From an uncultured Candidatus Binatia bacterium (GTDB lineage: Bacteria; Desulfobacterota; Binatia; Bin18): DNA of 64,000 bases. The stretch spans positions 1,696,001-1,760,000 of the forward strand of contig OZ243961.1 in NCBI GenBank assembly GCA_965214605.1. The letters are read 5' to 3'. Positions 28,393 to 38,614 of this stretch are shown here, piece by piece. The translations under genes and the position numbers were made by a program. The notes beneath the pieces are model-generated. The model made no database searches. It was not told where the DNA came from and saw only the letters and a program-made list of their open reading frames with translations. Within the stretch, counting starts at the first letter, position 1. Every line of letters begins with the position of its first letter.

Positions 28393-29465
28393 GTGACGGA
28401 TCATCGGTCGTCATCCGCCTCTGTCAGTCCGACGATGCGCCGCTCCTGCATAATATCGGACGCGAATCCATCAACGAGATTAGGCCGTGCTGTTATCGCT
28501 TCTTCCAGCGGACGACCCACGAACGAATATCGTTGTCGGGATGCAGACACACTTCTCTTCGGGTGGTGGTTTTGGAAAGCGCCTCTTGGCAATACGCATC
28601 AAAACGGACGGACAGTCGCGAGGGCAAAATTTCAACTCAGGGGACGGATGTTTTTGGGACACGCCGAACGATACCTCCCTTTGGGCGACCAAACTTTCAT
28701 TTTCACCGCCAGCGTTCCGAAGCCAACCGGATAGCACTCTTCTCTCGTCTTCCAATCTCTACCGCGCCCTAAACGGCCTCTCTCAGAATACTCCTATTCG
28801 GTTCGAAGTGCGTGTTCCGAAGGCGTTCCTCCTTCTCAGTGTAAAGAAGCGTTCCAATGGGAAGAATTGCGCAATTATCTGCACGCCTGGGCTTGAAGCT
28901 GCTCCTCTGCGTCGATGTTGCTCAGTTTCGCTCCAAGGGGAGGCCTGACTCACTCTGGTCTCTTCATGACATTCTCGCTCCCTCGCATGGATTCGCGTGC
29001 TATACGCATCCTGATCGGCTTGAGTCAGCACTAGTTCAAGTCGTCCGGCGCCCAGGAGTGTCGATTTATCGGCAGGTCACCGGCAATGCTCGCCGGTGCG
29101 TCCTTTTCTGCGATGTGAGATGCCGTGTCGGGTATGGCGGCCAGTGGGCTTGAACGCGTCGTCAAACGCCGTTGGCCATCATTCAGCAGATACCCGCCAG
29201 CCTGGCAGCGCCTGAATCCCTGCAGTCACCATGGCTCCCATGAAATAAGAAGTTGGCTCCTCTTCCTCACTAGTGAGCCATCAGGTCATTCCAAAGGGGG
29301 GCCAGTGCTTCATTTCCCATGAGTAGGGAGCGGCATTCCCGCCTGCTTCGACCCATCAAAATGCCGGCTCATGAGAACGGAGGCAGCTTCCATTCCGTAT
29401 GGTCCTTCCTGTTTGTTCATCGCTGACGTTGATGGGAAGGCGTTGAGACAGGAGAGGACTTCGAA

Positions 29466-29503
29466 GCCGTAGGGCGGCTTCTCCCCCCACTTCGCCCTAC
29501 GGC
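29466..29503. repeat. 11-bp inverted repeat (GTAG-type REP-like hairpin or terminator)
   Basis: GCCGTAGGGCG...CGCCCTACGGC, 10 nt downstream of the stop of the minus-strand gene ending at 29514. Confidence 0.55.
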
Positions 29504-29513
29504 CAGCTCGCGC

Positions 29514-30572
29514 TTATCCACACGCCAAGGCATATACATTCTTTACACCGGCCGGGAGCCGATACTCGGTCCAGGTCGCGCCGCCGTCCTGGGTGCCAAA
29601 GACCTGCCCCGTGCTGTTCACCCCATACACACAGCCCGCGTCCCGACGACTCGGCGCAACCGCCATCATCGTCCGCTGTGGCGTAACATCGTGGTCAAAG
29701 CGCTGCCAGGTCCGCCCCAGATCTTGACTGCGATAGATGGCGCCGGCTTTGCTCAGAGCGGCCGGACTGAGCGCAGCGTACAGCGTGTTGGGATCGTGCG
29801 GTGCGACCTGAATATCACGGGCGTAGGAGAAGGGTGAGGCCCGCCAAATTTCCATCTCCTGCCAGCTGTCACCCCGGTCGGGGCTACAAAACATCCCCAT
29901 CCGGGTGGCCAGAAAAACCATGCCGGGGCGGGCTGGGCTGACCTCTAGGGCGTGAGTATCCATCATCCCCTCAGTGTCGGTGTCACTGCCGATCCGGCTC
30001 TTGAGGTGGTCGCGTTCGACCAATTCCAACAGCGCCGGCGTACAGTCATGCCAGGTCTCCCCAGCGTCAGAGCTGCGCATCACCCCGCCGACTTCAAGCC
30101 CGGCATACACATCATCCGGGTTGCTGGGATCAATCGTCATCCGAATCACTCGCATGGGAAAACCCATCTGAACCCCGCCCTGCGGTTCAAGAACGGACAA
30201 GCGACGCCAACTCTCCCCGCCGTTCTCACTCCGGTAGACGATAGCCGGGGCGGTACCCAGATACATAATGTCCGGATTCTGGGGATGAAAAATAATCGTC
30301 CATACCACCGCGCCGGGGTCTGGAAAATCAAGCCGCTGCCAGTGCTCGCCGCCGTCAGTTGTCCGGTACGGTCCATCCTGGGTGCCAAGGTAGACGACCT
30401 GCGGATCCCGGGGATGAATGGCAATAGCCCGTACCTCAACCTTGTCCGGAAGGCCATTGCTGAGCGATTGCCAGTCTGTTTCGCCCACCGCCTGACGAAA
30501 CAGCCCACCGACCGCCCCAGTCTCTCCGGCTCCTGACCACTGAGCAGCTCCGGAATATACATACTGTGTCAT
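29514..30572 (-). CDS. BNR/Asp-box beta-propeller protein (glycosyl hydrolase/YCF48-like)
   Basis: Repeated TTDGGEHW, SENGGESW, SSDAGETW, SPDRGDSW, SQDLGRTW, TQDGGATW Asp-boxes. Confidence 0.85.
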   Translation of the reverse strand: MTQYVYSGAAQWSGAGETGAVGGLFRQAVGETDWQSLSNGLPDKVEVRAIAIHPRDPQVVYLGTQDGPYRTTDGGEHWQRLDFPDPGAVVWTIIFHPQNPDIMYLGTAPAIVYRSENGGESWRRLSVLEPQGGVQMGFPMRVIRMTIDPSNPDDVYAGLEVGGVMRSSDAGETWHDCTPALLELVERDHLKSRIGSDTDTEGMMDTHALEVSPARPGMVFLATRMGMFCSPDRGDSWQEMEIWRASPFSYARDIQVAPHDPNTLYAALSPAALSKAGAIYRSQDLGRTWQRFDHDVTPQRTMMAVAPSRRDAGCVYGVNSTGQVFGTQDGGATWTEYRLPAGVKNVYALACG

Positions 30573-30702
30573 ACACAACCCCCTCTCAATCGTTAGGCTG
30601 GCTCTGACCATACGCATTGCCGCCGGCACAATGCAAGCGATCCGTTCAGCGTTTTTTCTACCCTACTTGTTTTCGCTTTTTTTTCGCTTATAGATTAACA
30701 GT

Positions 30703-31113
30703 ATGAGGACAAACACCTCGCCCAAACGCAGGAAACGGTCGGCCGCAGCCCGGCCACGACCAGTTTTGCCTGATCCGCGGGCATTGCAGCGGGCGTATGA
30801 CGCCCACACACGCAGTCTCGGCCCGGACTTTGGTCTCATTGATGAATGGTTGATGGATCATCGACCCGAGCTGTGGCAACAGATTCACCGGGAAGATGAC
30901 AAATTATTTCGACTCCGGACCTTGGCGGTGAGTGAGCGTGAGTATAAGGCCGCCCTTGAGACCTTTATCTCTCTGTGCCAAGAGGCCGAGCGTCTGTACT
31001 ACGAGGCCAATCCCGATGAGCTGAGCCTGCCGCTACTAGGTGAGGGTGAAGCTGTGGCCGTTTACTTCAGGTTGGCCGATGGGTCTCTACAGAAAGCGAG
31101 CGGCACGGCCTAG
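30703..31113 (+). CDS. Hypothetical protein
   Basis: 136-aa ORF with protein-like composition, preceded by an AT-rich promoter-like stretch; convergent with the radical SAM gene. Confidence 0.6.
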   Translation: MRTNTSPKRRKRSAAARPRPVLPDPRALQRAYDAHTRSLGPDFGLIDEWLMDHRPELWQQIHREDDKLFRLRTLAVSEREYKAALETFISLCQEAERLYYEANPDELSLPLLGEGEAVAVYFRLADGSLQKASGTA

Positions 31114-31964
31114 GTCAGCGCTGTGACGCCCCGGTTGAACCCTGTCCGCGAATAGGCGACCCGTTCCTCTCCCATGCGCTTGATTAAGGCAGCCATCAGG
31201 TGTTGCGTGGTTTCTGGTCCAAACCAATCTGGATAGCCGTGCTGAGCCAGCCGGTTGGGCACGCCACGTCGGCGTGAGCGGGCGCCCTTGGCTCCATCAC
31301 CGTGGAAAAAATCGTCGACAATGACCCGCCGACACGAGTCCGCAATCAGCGCGGCAAACCGCTCAGGATTGTGGGGCAGGGCCGGAGAGACACTAATCTG
31401 GGTAAAAATACCCCGCTCCGTTGCGGCCTGGACAACGGCCAGACGGCGTTCAACAGTAGGGCAGCTAGGGGTCAGTTGACGCCGTACGCGATCATCGTCG
31501 GTCTCAATGGTGAGGTTCAATACCGCGCTTGGAATCGCCGCAATCACCTCAAAGTAGCGTTCCACCAAAGGAGAGCGCGTTTGGAGCACCAGAAGAGCGG
31601 GCGGGAAGCGGCTCAAGGCCTCAAGACACTGTCGCGACAGCCGATACCTCGGTTCAAGCCTCGGTTGAAAGGGATCGGTTGCGCCGGAGCAATAAATACG
31701 CAGCTGAGTTCCTCGACGGGTAAATCGGTCCAGCTCTTTCTCCAGGACGTGGGCAATATTGATCTTGGCGGTGACCCACTCGCCCCAGGCTTGCCCGTCG
31801 GCATAAAAGCGCTGAATCTGGCTCTCGGCAACGTAACAGTAGAAACACGAGTTCCCGTACGAGCACCCCCAGTATGGGGTCAGACTGTGGGTGAAACCGG
31901 ACAAAAAACCGCCAGTTTTGGTCAGGGCCGATTGAACGCGCGTGGAGCGCACGGTGAGGGGCAT
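31110..31964 (-). CDS. Radical SAM protein, SplB/Rv2578c-like
   Basis: HSLTPYWGCSYGNSCFYCYV, GATDPFQP, QTRSPLV, TIETD, RRLAVV. Confidence 0.85.
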   Translation of the reverse strand: MPLTVRSTRVQSALTKTGGFLSGFTHSLTPYWGCSYGNSCFYCYVAESQIQRFYADGQAWGEWVTAKINIAHVLEKELDRFTRRGTQLRIYCSGATDPFQPRLEPRYRLSRQCLEALSRFPPALLVLQTRSPLVERYFEVIAAIPSAVLNLTIETDDDRVRRQLTPSCPTVERRLAVVQAATERGIFTQISVSPALPHNPERFAALIADSCRRVIVDDFFHGDGAKGARSRRRGVPNRLAQHGYPDWFGPETTQHLMAALIKRMGEERVAYSRTGFNRGVTALT

Positions 31965-32098
31965 ACAGTACCGTTCTGCACCGCCCGGTCGCCGGGTGTC
32001 AACACCGCCGCCGTCCGGCTTGACGCGGCGCACGCCGATCTGCATAGACTAGGCGGCTATGATCCGACGACTATGATTCGGCACTGAGGAGAGACGCC

Positions 32099-33412
32099 AT
32101 GGAGTCACGCCAGAAATCGTCTGGCACCACCGGCACCCAGACCGCCCTACCGCTCGGCCTCTACTGGCCACGCCGCTATAGCCTCGTTGCTCTGTGCTTT
32201 CTGAGCACCTTTATTTGCTATATCGACCGGGTCAATATCTCGGTTGCGATTATTCCGATGGCCGAAGAGTTTGGTTGGGATCAGACCACCCGTGGCATTG
32301 TGCTGTCGTCTTTTTTCTATGGTTATCTGGCAACCCAGATCTTTGGCGGGTGGCTGGCTGATCGGTTTGGCGGAAAAATCGTTCTAGGTATTGGTGTGGT
32401 GTGGTGGTCGCTGTTCACCGTGATCACTCCGTTAGCCGCGACCCTGTCTTTCACGGTCCTGTTTCTGGCCCGGGTGGGGATGGGGCTCGGCGAAGGGGTG
32501 GCCTTTCCGGCCGTCTATAATCTGTATGCGCGCTGGATACCCAAGCAGGAACGCGCCCGCTCTATCGCCCTCACCATCAGCGGCATTCCCCTGGGAACGG
32601 TTGGAGCCCTGCTGTTGACGCCGCCGATTGTGGTCGCTTTGGGTTGGCCGTGGGTGTTTTATTTGTTTGGGATCTTGGGTTTTGCGTGGTATGGTCTGTG
32701 GCACTTTTTGAGCACTGACACCCCCCACAGCCACCCCAGCGTACACCCCTCGGAGTTGGCGTTTATTCGTGACAACGTGCCTCCCGTGCCCCGGAATGAG
32801 ACGATTCCGTGGGCACGGCTGTTATCCAGGGCGCCGGTCTGGGCCATTATTGTCAATCATTTTTGTGCAAACTGGGGCTTTTATGTGATCCTGACCTGGT
32901 TGCCCACATATTTCACCCAAGCTCTGGGAGTCGATCTGTCTCAGGTCGGGGTCTATGCCATTTTACCCTGGCTCACGATGTTTTTGCTGAACAACATCGC
33001 CGGTTGGGTTGCCGATAAGCTGATCGAGTCCGGACTGTCGGTAACGTTTGTGCGCAAACTGATGCAAACCGTTGGTTTTCTGGGGCCAACCATTTTTTTG
33101 AGCCTGATCGGCAGTGTCGGTTCAGCCCCGCAGGCAATCACGTATATGTGCTGTGCCCTGGGGCTGAACGCGTTTGCCCTGTCCGGTTTTGGCGTCAATC
33201 ACCTCGATATCGGCCCACGCTATGCGGGTATTTTACTCGGCCTCTCCAATACCGCGGGCACCATACCAGGCATCCTCGGGGTGACCTTGACCGGCTATAT
33301 CCTTGATCTCACCGGCTCGTGGGATCTCGTGTTTTTGATTGCGGCCGGAATTTATCTGTTCGGCCTGTTCGTATGGCTGCTGTTTGCGACCGGCGAACGG
33401 ATATTTGCGTGA
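32099..33412 (+). CDS. MFS transporter, anion:cation symporter (ACS/SLC17-like)
   Basis: ICYIDRVNISVAI, LSSFFYGY, GLGEGVAFPA, NHLDIGPRYAGILLGLSNTAGTIPG. Confidence 0.9.
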   Translation: MESRQKSSGTTGTQTALPLGLYWPRRYSLVALCFLSTFICYIDRVNISVAIIPMAEEFGWDQTTRGIVLSSFFYGYLATQIFGGWLADRFGGKIVLGIGVVWWSLFTVITPLAATLSFTVLFLARVGMGLGEGVAFPAVYNLYARWIPKQERARSIALTISGIPLGTVGALLLTPPIVVALGWPWVFYLFGILGFAWYGLWHFLSTDTPHSHPSVHPSELAFIRDNVPPVPRNETIPWARLLSRAPVWAIIVNHFCANWGFYVILTWLPTYFTQALGVDLSQVGVYAILPWLTMFLLNNIAGWVADKLIESGLSVTFVRKLMQTVGFLGPTIFLSLIGSVGSAPQAITYMCCALGLNAFALSGFGVNHLDIGPRYAGILLGLSNTAGTIPGILGVTLTGYILDLTGSWDLVFLIAAGIYLFGLFVWLLFATGERIFA

Positions 33413-33583
33413 GGGAAGAACGGGTCGGCCGAGAACGTATGCTCATCCCCAGCGGGCTCTTCCCTGTCCTCCACTCTCTATAGCAGGTGTTGGTCCAGCC
33501 GAAAGTCGTAGAGCCTATCACCAGGGCAAGAACGAGGCCGAAAGCCGGCGCACCTGAGGGCCATAGCCTCCGAGGTTTGTGTC

Positions 33584-34042
33584 ATGGCAGTAAAACAGAT
33601 TCGTCTCCAAGATCTCCCGACTCTTGTCGGCCAGGAAGTCGGGCTATCGGACTGGTATCTCGTCACTCAACAGGCAGTAGACGCCTACGCCGCGGCGACC
33701 GATGATCATCAGTGGTTTTGCGAAGATGTTGAGCGTGCGAAAAAAGAATCACCCTTTGGCGGAACGGTTGCACCGGGCTACTTTATCCTGGCTCTAGCTC
33801 CAGGGCTGCTGAAAAAGATCTGGTATCTCCAAGGAGCCCGACTTGGTCTGAACTATGGCCTCAATCGTCTGCGTTTCCCTGCCCCGCTTCGCATTGGGAC
33901 ACAGGTTCGCCTGCGACTCAGTATTCGCAGGGTCAAACCCGTTCCGGATGGCCAAGAAGTCACCTTGGTCCTTTCGTTTGAAGTGGAAGACGGGGAGAAG
34001 CCAGTGTGTATTGCTGAGCCGGTGTATCGCTACCTCGGCTGA
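33584..34042 (+). CDS. MaoC family dehydratase
   Basis: SDWYLVTQ..ATDDHQW..SPFGGTVAPGY, LNYGLNRLRFPAP. Confidence 0.88.
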   Translation: MAVKQIRLQDLPTLVGQEVGLSDWYLVTQQAVDAYAAATDDHQWFCEDVERAKKESPFGGTVAPGYFILALAPGLLKKIWYLQGARLGLNYGLNRLRFPAPLRIGTQVRLRLSIRRVKPVPDGQEVTLVLSFEVEDGEKPVCIAEPVYRYLG

Positions 34043-34076
34043 AACTCCGTTGGGGTTCTTCGGGTTTGGGTGCCCC

Positions 34077-35984
34077 CTAGTTTGTTTTGGGGTCTTGGCT
34101 GACCGCGCCGTTCCGGCCGCCATCTCCGCCAGCCTCGAAGGCGAGCAGGGCGTTGCCCGGCATACCGCCCCAGAAGCCGTAGCCGGAAAAGACGTACAGC
34201 ATGCCCCCGGCAATGGTTGGACCGGGTCCATCGAGCGAGCCGCCTTTGGTGGCGACATCGTTGACCGAGTAGTACTCCTGGGCTGTGTCATAGTCCCACA
34301 CAATAGACCCGTTCTGAGTCGAATAGGCCCGCAGGTGGCCGTCAACCGAGCCGGAGAACACAACGCCGGGCAAGACCGAAATGGCCGCTGATTGGGCCGG
34401 GCTGCAATTCGCCTTGTCGCCACACCCAGGCGGTGGGGTGAACCACAGTTTCTCACCGGTCTCAATACGATAGGCCGAGATGCCACCGCCCTGCTTGTTG
34501 TCGATCGAGGACGTGATCGAGCCCTCCTGAGTGCGCTCAAGATTGACCTTGACATCGGATAAGGCCACGTAAATATTCGATTCATCCGCAGCCGGCCCCC
34601 ACTGGATACCACCCAGAATGCCGCCCGCTCCAGCCCGCTGCTGCCATATGATCTTGCCATCCCGGTCAGGATCGACGGCGTGCACGACGCCCGACTTCTG
34701 GCCTGCGAGCAGGATGCGCTCGCCGTTGGGCAGCTCGCGCAAAATGGCCGAGGAGCCAAAGTCCAGGTCTGGGCCGCGCGCCTCCGGACAGTTGGTGTCG
34801 TCGCCTGATTCACACGCGATATTAAACGCATCGCCCTTGGTAAACTGCTGGGTCCAGATATTTTTTCCGGTTTCCATATCGAACGCCATGATCGCGTCAC
34901 TCGTGTCCGAGGGCGGGTCTGAATAGTTGTCACCGGTGGTCGCATAGACTCGTTTGAGTTTGGTATCAAGCGTAGGAGTCGTCCATATCGCGGCTCCGGA
35001 CGGTCCCCACAGTTGGGTGCCGATCTTGTTCTTGCGAACTTTTTTCGGTTCATCGACCGTGTAAGACTTCCACAACACCTCTCCGGTCGTTGCGTTCAGC
35101 GCATTGATACTCCCCCGAAAGGTACAACACTCGTAGTCAGCTTCGCCGCCCGCCCCTTCTTCAAACGAGGCTACGCCAACGTAGAGACGGTTATCATGCA
35201 GGGCCGGGCTACCCGTGATGCGACCCGTCGGATGCTGCTCAATCTGGGTTTTCCAGATGAGTTTACCGGTCCGGGCATCAAGGGCATAGACGTTTCTTTC
35301 CACATCCCCAAAATAGGCTGCCTGGCGCGGCGGGTCGCTCCCCTCCAAAGGACCGATCGTCACGGTTGAACGTACTCCGGCTCCGGTCGGATAGGCCCAA
35401 TATAAACAGCCGGTCTTGGCGTTTAGGGAAAACACCACCCCCCGCATGCTGCCGATATACACCCGCCCGCCAAATACGGTCGGCTGAGAGGTTTGGTAGT
35501 GCTCAGGCAGACCAAATGACCATTTGAGCTTCAGGTTCGGAATATCGGCCGCGGACAAGCCGGCTTTGTCCACCGGCTGAAAGCGAGCGTTGCTAACACC
35601 ACCGCCCCAGCCGTTCCAGTTGGCACTCTCGGACAGGTCGAGCTGGCCCGGTCGCAGCGAACAATAGGTCCACGAAGCGGCCTGGTCGTCCCGAGCCGTG
35701 CCAAACTCTTTCTCTGAAACATAGGCTGCAATGGCCAGCCGTTCGGCCTTGGTCCGCATCACCCCCTGGAAGACCATCCGGCCGACCTCAAGCGAACGCA
35801 TAATGAACTCGGGGGGCAGTTTTTGCATAACCCTGAGTTTGGGCGCTCGGGCTACCGACTCATGACACTTGGCGCAGTGTTCCGTGTACAGTGCCTCGCC
35901 ATCCGGTTCTGCGACACTAACAGCCCAGGCCGGTCCGCTCAGCACCATAAGACACACGACAACGAGAATCCCTGTGCGGTACAT
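34077..35984 (-). CDS. PQQ-dependent quinohemoprotein dehydrogenase (polyvinyl-alcohol dehydrogenase-like)
   Basis: Signal peptide, heme motif CAKCH, LKLKWSF, ECCTFRGS, GPSGAAIW, GPDLDFG, AGQKSG, PQQ propeller repeats. Confidence 0.9.
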   Translation of the reverse strand: MYRTGILVVVCLMVLSGPAWAVSVAEPDGEALYTEHCAKCHESVARAPKLRVMQKLPPEFIMRSLEVGRMVFQGVMRTKAERLAIAAYVSEKEFGTARDDQAASWTYCSLRPGQLDLSESANWNGWGGGVSNARFQPVDKAGLSAADIPNLKLKWSFGLPEHYQTSQPTVFGGRVYIGSMRGVVFSLNAKTGCLYWAYPTGAGVRSTVTIGPLEGSDPPRQAAYFGDVERNVYALDARTGKLIWKTQIEQHPTGRITGSPALHDNRLYVGVASFEEGAGGEADYECCTFRGSINALNATTGEVLWKSYTVDEPKKVRKNKIGTQLWGPSGAAIWTTPTLDTKLKRVYATTGDNYSDPPSDTSDAIMAFDMETGKNIWTQQFTKGDAFNIACESGDDTNCPEARGPDLDFGSSAILRELPNGERILLAGQKSGVVHAVDPDRDGKIIWQQRAGAGGILGGIQWGPAADESNIYVALSDVKVNLERTQEGSITSSIDNKQGGGISAYRIETGEKLWFTPPPGCGDKANCSPAQSAAISVLPGVVFSGSVDGHLRAYSTQNGSIVWDYDTAQEYYSVNDVATKGGSLDGPGPTIAGGMLYVFSGYGFWGGMPGNALLAFEAGGDGGRNGAVSQDPKTN

Positions 35985-35997
35985 GTGCTCCTCCTTA

Positions 35998-36240
35998 CTA
36001 TTTCTCAATCAGAATACGCCAGCGGGCGCCTTTTTCAGCGTCGGAGAACTCGTCGATAGCCACGATGGCGTAGCCCTCAGCCTCGGCGGCGCGCGGAATA
36101 TCGCGCCGTCCCTTGGGATCATCAATCAACAACTCCAACACATCGCCCCGCTCCAGGTACTCGAGGCGTACCTTGGCCTTGGCCCAGTTTAAGGGACATT
36201 TGACGCCGTGCAAATTTATCTGTTCGCTCTTGTGGGGCAT
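35998..36240 (-). CDS. TusA/SirA family sulfurtransferase
   Basis: INLHGVKCPLNWAKAKVRLE..GDVLELLIDDP. Confidence 0.85.
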   Translation of the reverse strand: MPHKSEQINLHGVKCPLNWAKAKVRLEYLERGDVLELLIDDPKGRRDIPRAAEAEGYAIVAIDEFSDAEKGARWRILIEK

Positions 36241-36437
36241 TGACCCTCTACATAGCAGACCCGAGCATCCTTGTCAGCGCAAAGCGGACCCGGCCGAGCC
36301 GACCCAGCCTGCGGGCGACGCTGACGGCGGACGGCTTTTCCGCTATAGTCGGGCTAGACTTTGCTCAACGACGAAGCGGCAGAAAGGTGAACGATGGTGA
36401 TCACCTCGCCAAGAAGACCTCATCCGTTCACCTCTAG

Positions 36438-38468
36438 ATGGAGAACGGAGCGGTGAACGACGAAACACGCCCTTTAACATATAAGCTGCGTCCGGAGTCT
36501 GACGACCGAGCCAAGCGCTTCTTGATTCACTATAAGGAGGAGCTCAACCCTGCCCAGTACGAGGCAGCCGTGACCCATCAGGGCCCGCTGCTAGTCCTGG
36601 CCGGAGCGGGGAGCGGTAAGACCCGTACGCTCGTTTTTCGAGTGGCACGCATGGTTGAGGCGGGGATTGACCCGACTTCCATCCTGCTGATGACCTTCAC
36701 CCGGCGTGCGGCCCAAGAGATGCTGCAGCGGGTTGAGACACTCTTGGGCAACCGCTGCGACCTGGTTACCGGCGGCACCTTTCACTCCTTTGCCAATACG
36801 ATTTTACGCCGCTACGCCCAGCTGCTGGGGTTTGCCAACGCGTTTACTATTCTTGATCGCGGCGACTCTGAGGATGTGATCAATCTGATCCGTAGCCGTA
36901 TGGGTTTAGACAAAAAAGAACGCCGTTTTCCCCGTAAGCAAACCATTGTGGAAATCTTCAGCCTAGCGGCCAACAAAATCTGTGGTGTGGCCGAGGTGCT
37001 AGACGAACAGTTTCTGCACCTGTCCAATGAGCTCAATGATTTGGCCCAGATTCGGGAGTATTACCAGAACTATAAACGCCAACGCAGCCTGTTGGACTAC
37101 GACGACCTGCTGACCTATCTGCGCGACTTACTGCGCGACCATCCCGAGCTTGCCGAGCGGCTGTCACACACCTTCCGTTACATCATGGTTGATGAGTACC
37201 AGGACACCAACCGGCTGCAGGCCGAGATCGTCCGACTGCTTGCTCACTCCCACGACAATGTCATGGCGGTTGGGGATGACGCCCAGTCGATTTATAGCTT
37301 TCGGGGTGCGACGGTGCGCAATATCTTTGAGTTTCCTGATCTCTTTCCCAACACAAAAGTCATCAAACTCGAAGAGAATTACCGCAGCACTCAGCCGATT
37401 CTTGACCTGTCCAACGAAATCATCCTGCAGGCCAAGGAGAGCTATACCAAAAACCTGTTCACCCGCCGCGAGACCGGCCTCACGCCGATCTTGGTTGAGG
37501 CCGAGGGCGAACGCTACCAGTCTCGCTTTGTCGGTCAGAAGATCCTAGAACTGCACGAGTCCGGGGTGCCCCTGCCCGAGATCGCCGTCCTCTTTCGCTC
37601 CAGTTTTCATGCTTTTGACCTCGAAATCGAGCTCAGTAGGCGGAATATCCAGTTTGTCAAACGGGGTGGTTTCAAATTTATTGCGACCACTCATATCAAA
37701 GACGTATTGGCCCATTTACGGATCATTGCCAATCCGCAGGATGCGGTCTCGTGGTACCGCGTCCTGCTGCTCTTAGACGGCGTAGGACCCAAGAGCAGCG
37801 AAGCGATCTTGGCCCATGTGCTTGACGGCCCGGATCAATTTCAGGGCTTAGCCACCTATAGGGGTCGAAATACGGTGACCACGGCCTTGAAGAGCTTGGC
37901 CGAGACGCTCCAACAGGCCAGGGCCGAAGACCTGAAACCGGCCGAACAGCTCGAGGTCATCGTGCGCTATTATTTACCCCTCTTGAAACGTCGCCATCGC
38001 GACGACTACCCCAAACGCCAAAAAGACCTAGAGCACTTTACTAGCATCACCGAGCGCTACCGGAGTTTAGAGCGGATGCTCTCCGACATGGCGCTCGAGC
38101 CCCCGACAAACAGCGTGGATAATGTCTTGGCCACCCAGGACGAAGACGAGGGTCTGCTGACCTTATCGACTATTCACTCGGCTAAGGGGCTTGAATGGCA
38201 CTCTGTGTTTATTATCTGGGCGGTCGAAGGCCGCTTTCCGAGCCTATACAACAAAGACGACGACGAACTCGAAGAAGAGCGGCGTTTGATGTACGTGGCA
38301 GCCACCCGCGCCAAAGAAAACCTGTTTATCACCTATCCGGTTAATGTCTTTGATCGGGCCACCGGCATGGTTCTTACCCGGCCATCGCGCTTCTTAGACG
38401 GCGTTCCTCGACGCATTCTGACTCCAGTCATGTTAATGGAAGAGGAGGATGAAGACGGACGGGCGTAG
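36438..38468 (+). CDS. UvrD/PcrA/Rep family ATP-dependent DNA helicase
   Basis: LAGAGSGKT, MVDEYQDTN, VGDDAQSIYSFRGA, LEENYRST, TIHSAKGLEW, EERRLMYVAATRA. Confidence 0.95.
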   Translation: MENGAVNDETRPLTYKLRPESDDRAKRFLIHYKEELNPAQYEAAVTHQGPLLVLAGAGSGKTRTLVFRVARMVEAGIDPTSILLMTFTRRAAQEMLQRVETLLGNRCDLVTGGTFHSFANTILRRYAQLLGFANAFTILDRGDSEDVINLIRSRMGLDKKERRFPRKQTIVEIFSLAANKICGVAEVLDEQFLHLSNELNDLAQIREYYQNYKRQRSLLDYDDLLTYLRDLLRDHPELAERLSHTFRYIMVDEYQDTNRLQAEIVRLLAHSHDNVMAVGDDAQSIYSFRGATVRNIFEFPDLFPNTKVIKLEENYRSTQPILDLSNEIILQAKESYTKNLFTRRETGLTPILVEAEGERYQSRFVGQKILELHESGVPLPEIAVLFRSSFHAFDLEIELSRRNIQFVKRGGFKFIATTHIKDVLAHLRIIANPQDAVSWYRVLLLLDGVGPKSSEAILAHVLDGPDQFQGLATYRGRNTVTTALKSLAETLQQARAEDLKPAEQLEVIVRYYLPLLKRRHRDDYPKRQKDLEHFTSITERYRSLERMLSDMALEPPTNSVDNVLATQDEDEGLLTLSTIHSAKGLEWHSVFIIWAVEGRFPSLYNKDDDELEEERRLMYVAATRAKENLFITYPVNVFDRATGMVLTRPSRFLDGVPRRILTPVMLMEEEDEDGRA

Positions 38469-38614
38469 TGAGGGTGGGGAGGTTGTGAAGGCTGAAGCGA
38501 ACCTTGTTCAAGATCCCCACATCACAACCGCGCCCGACTCTGCGGGAGAGGAGAGTCGGGGCGGGCCAAGCATAAAGTCCGGCCGCCCTCCACAAACTTC
38601 GCGTGTCAAAAGCC

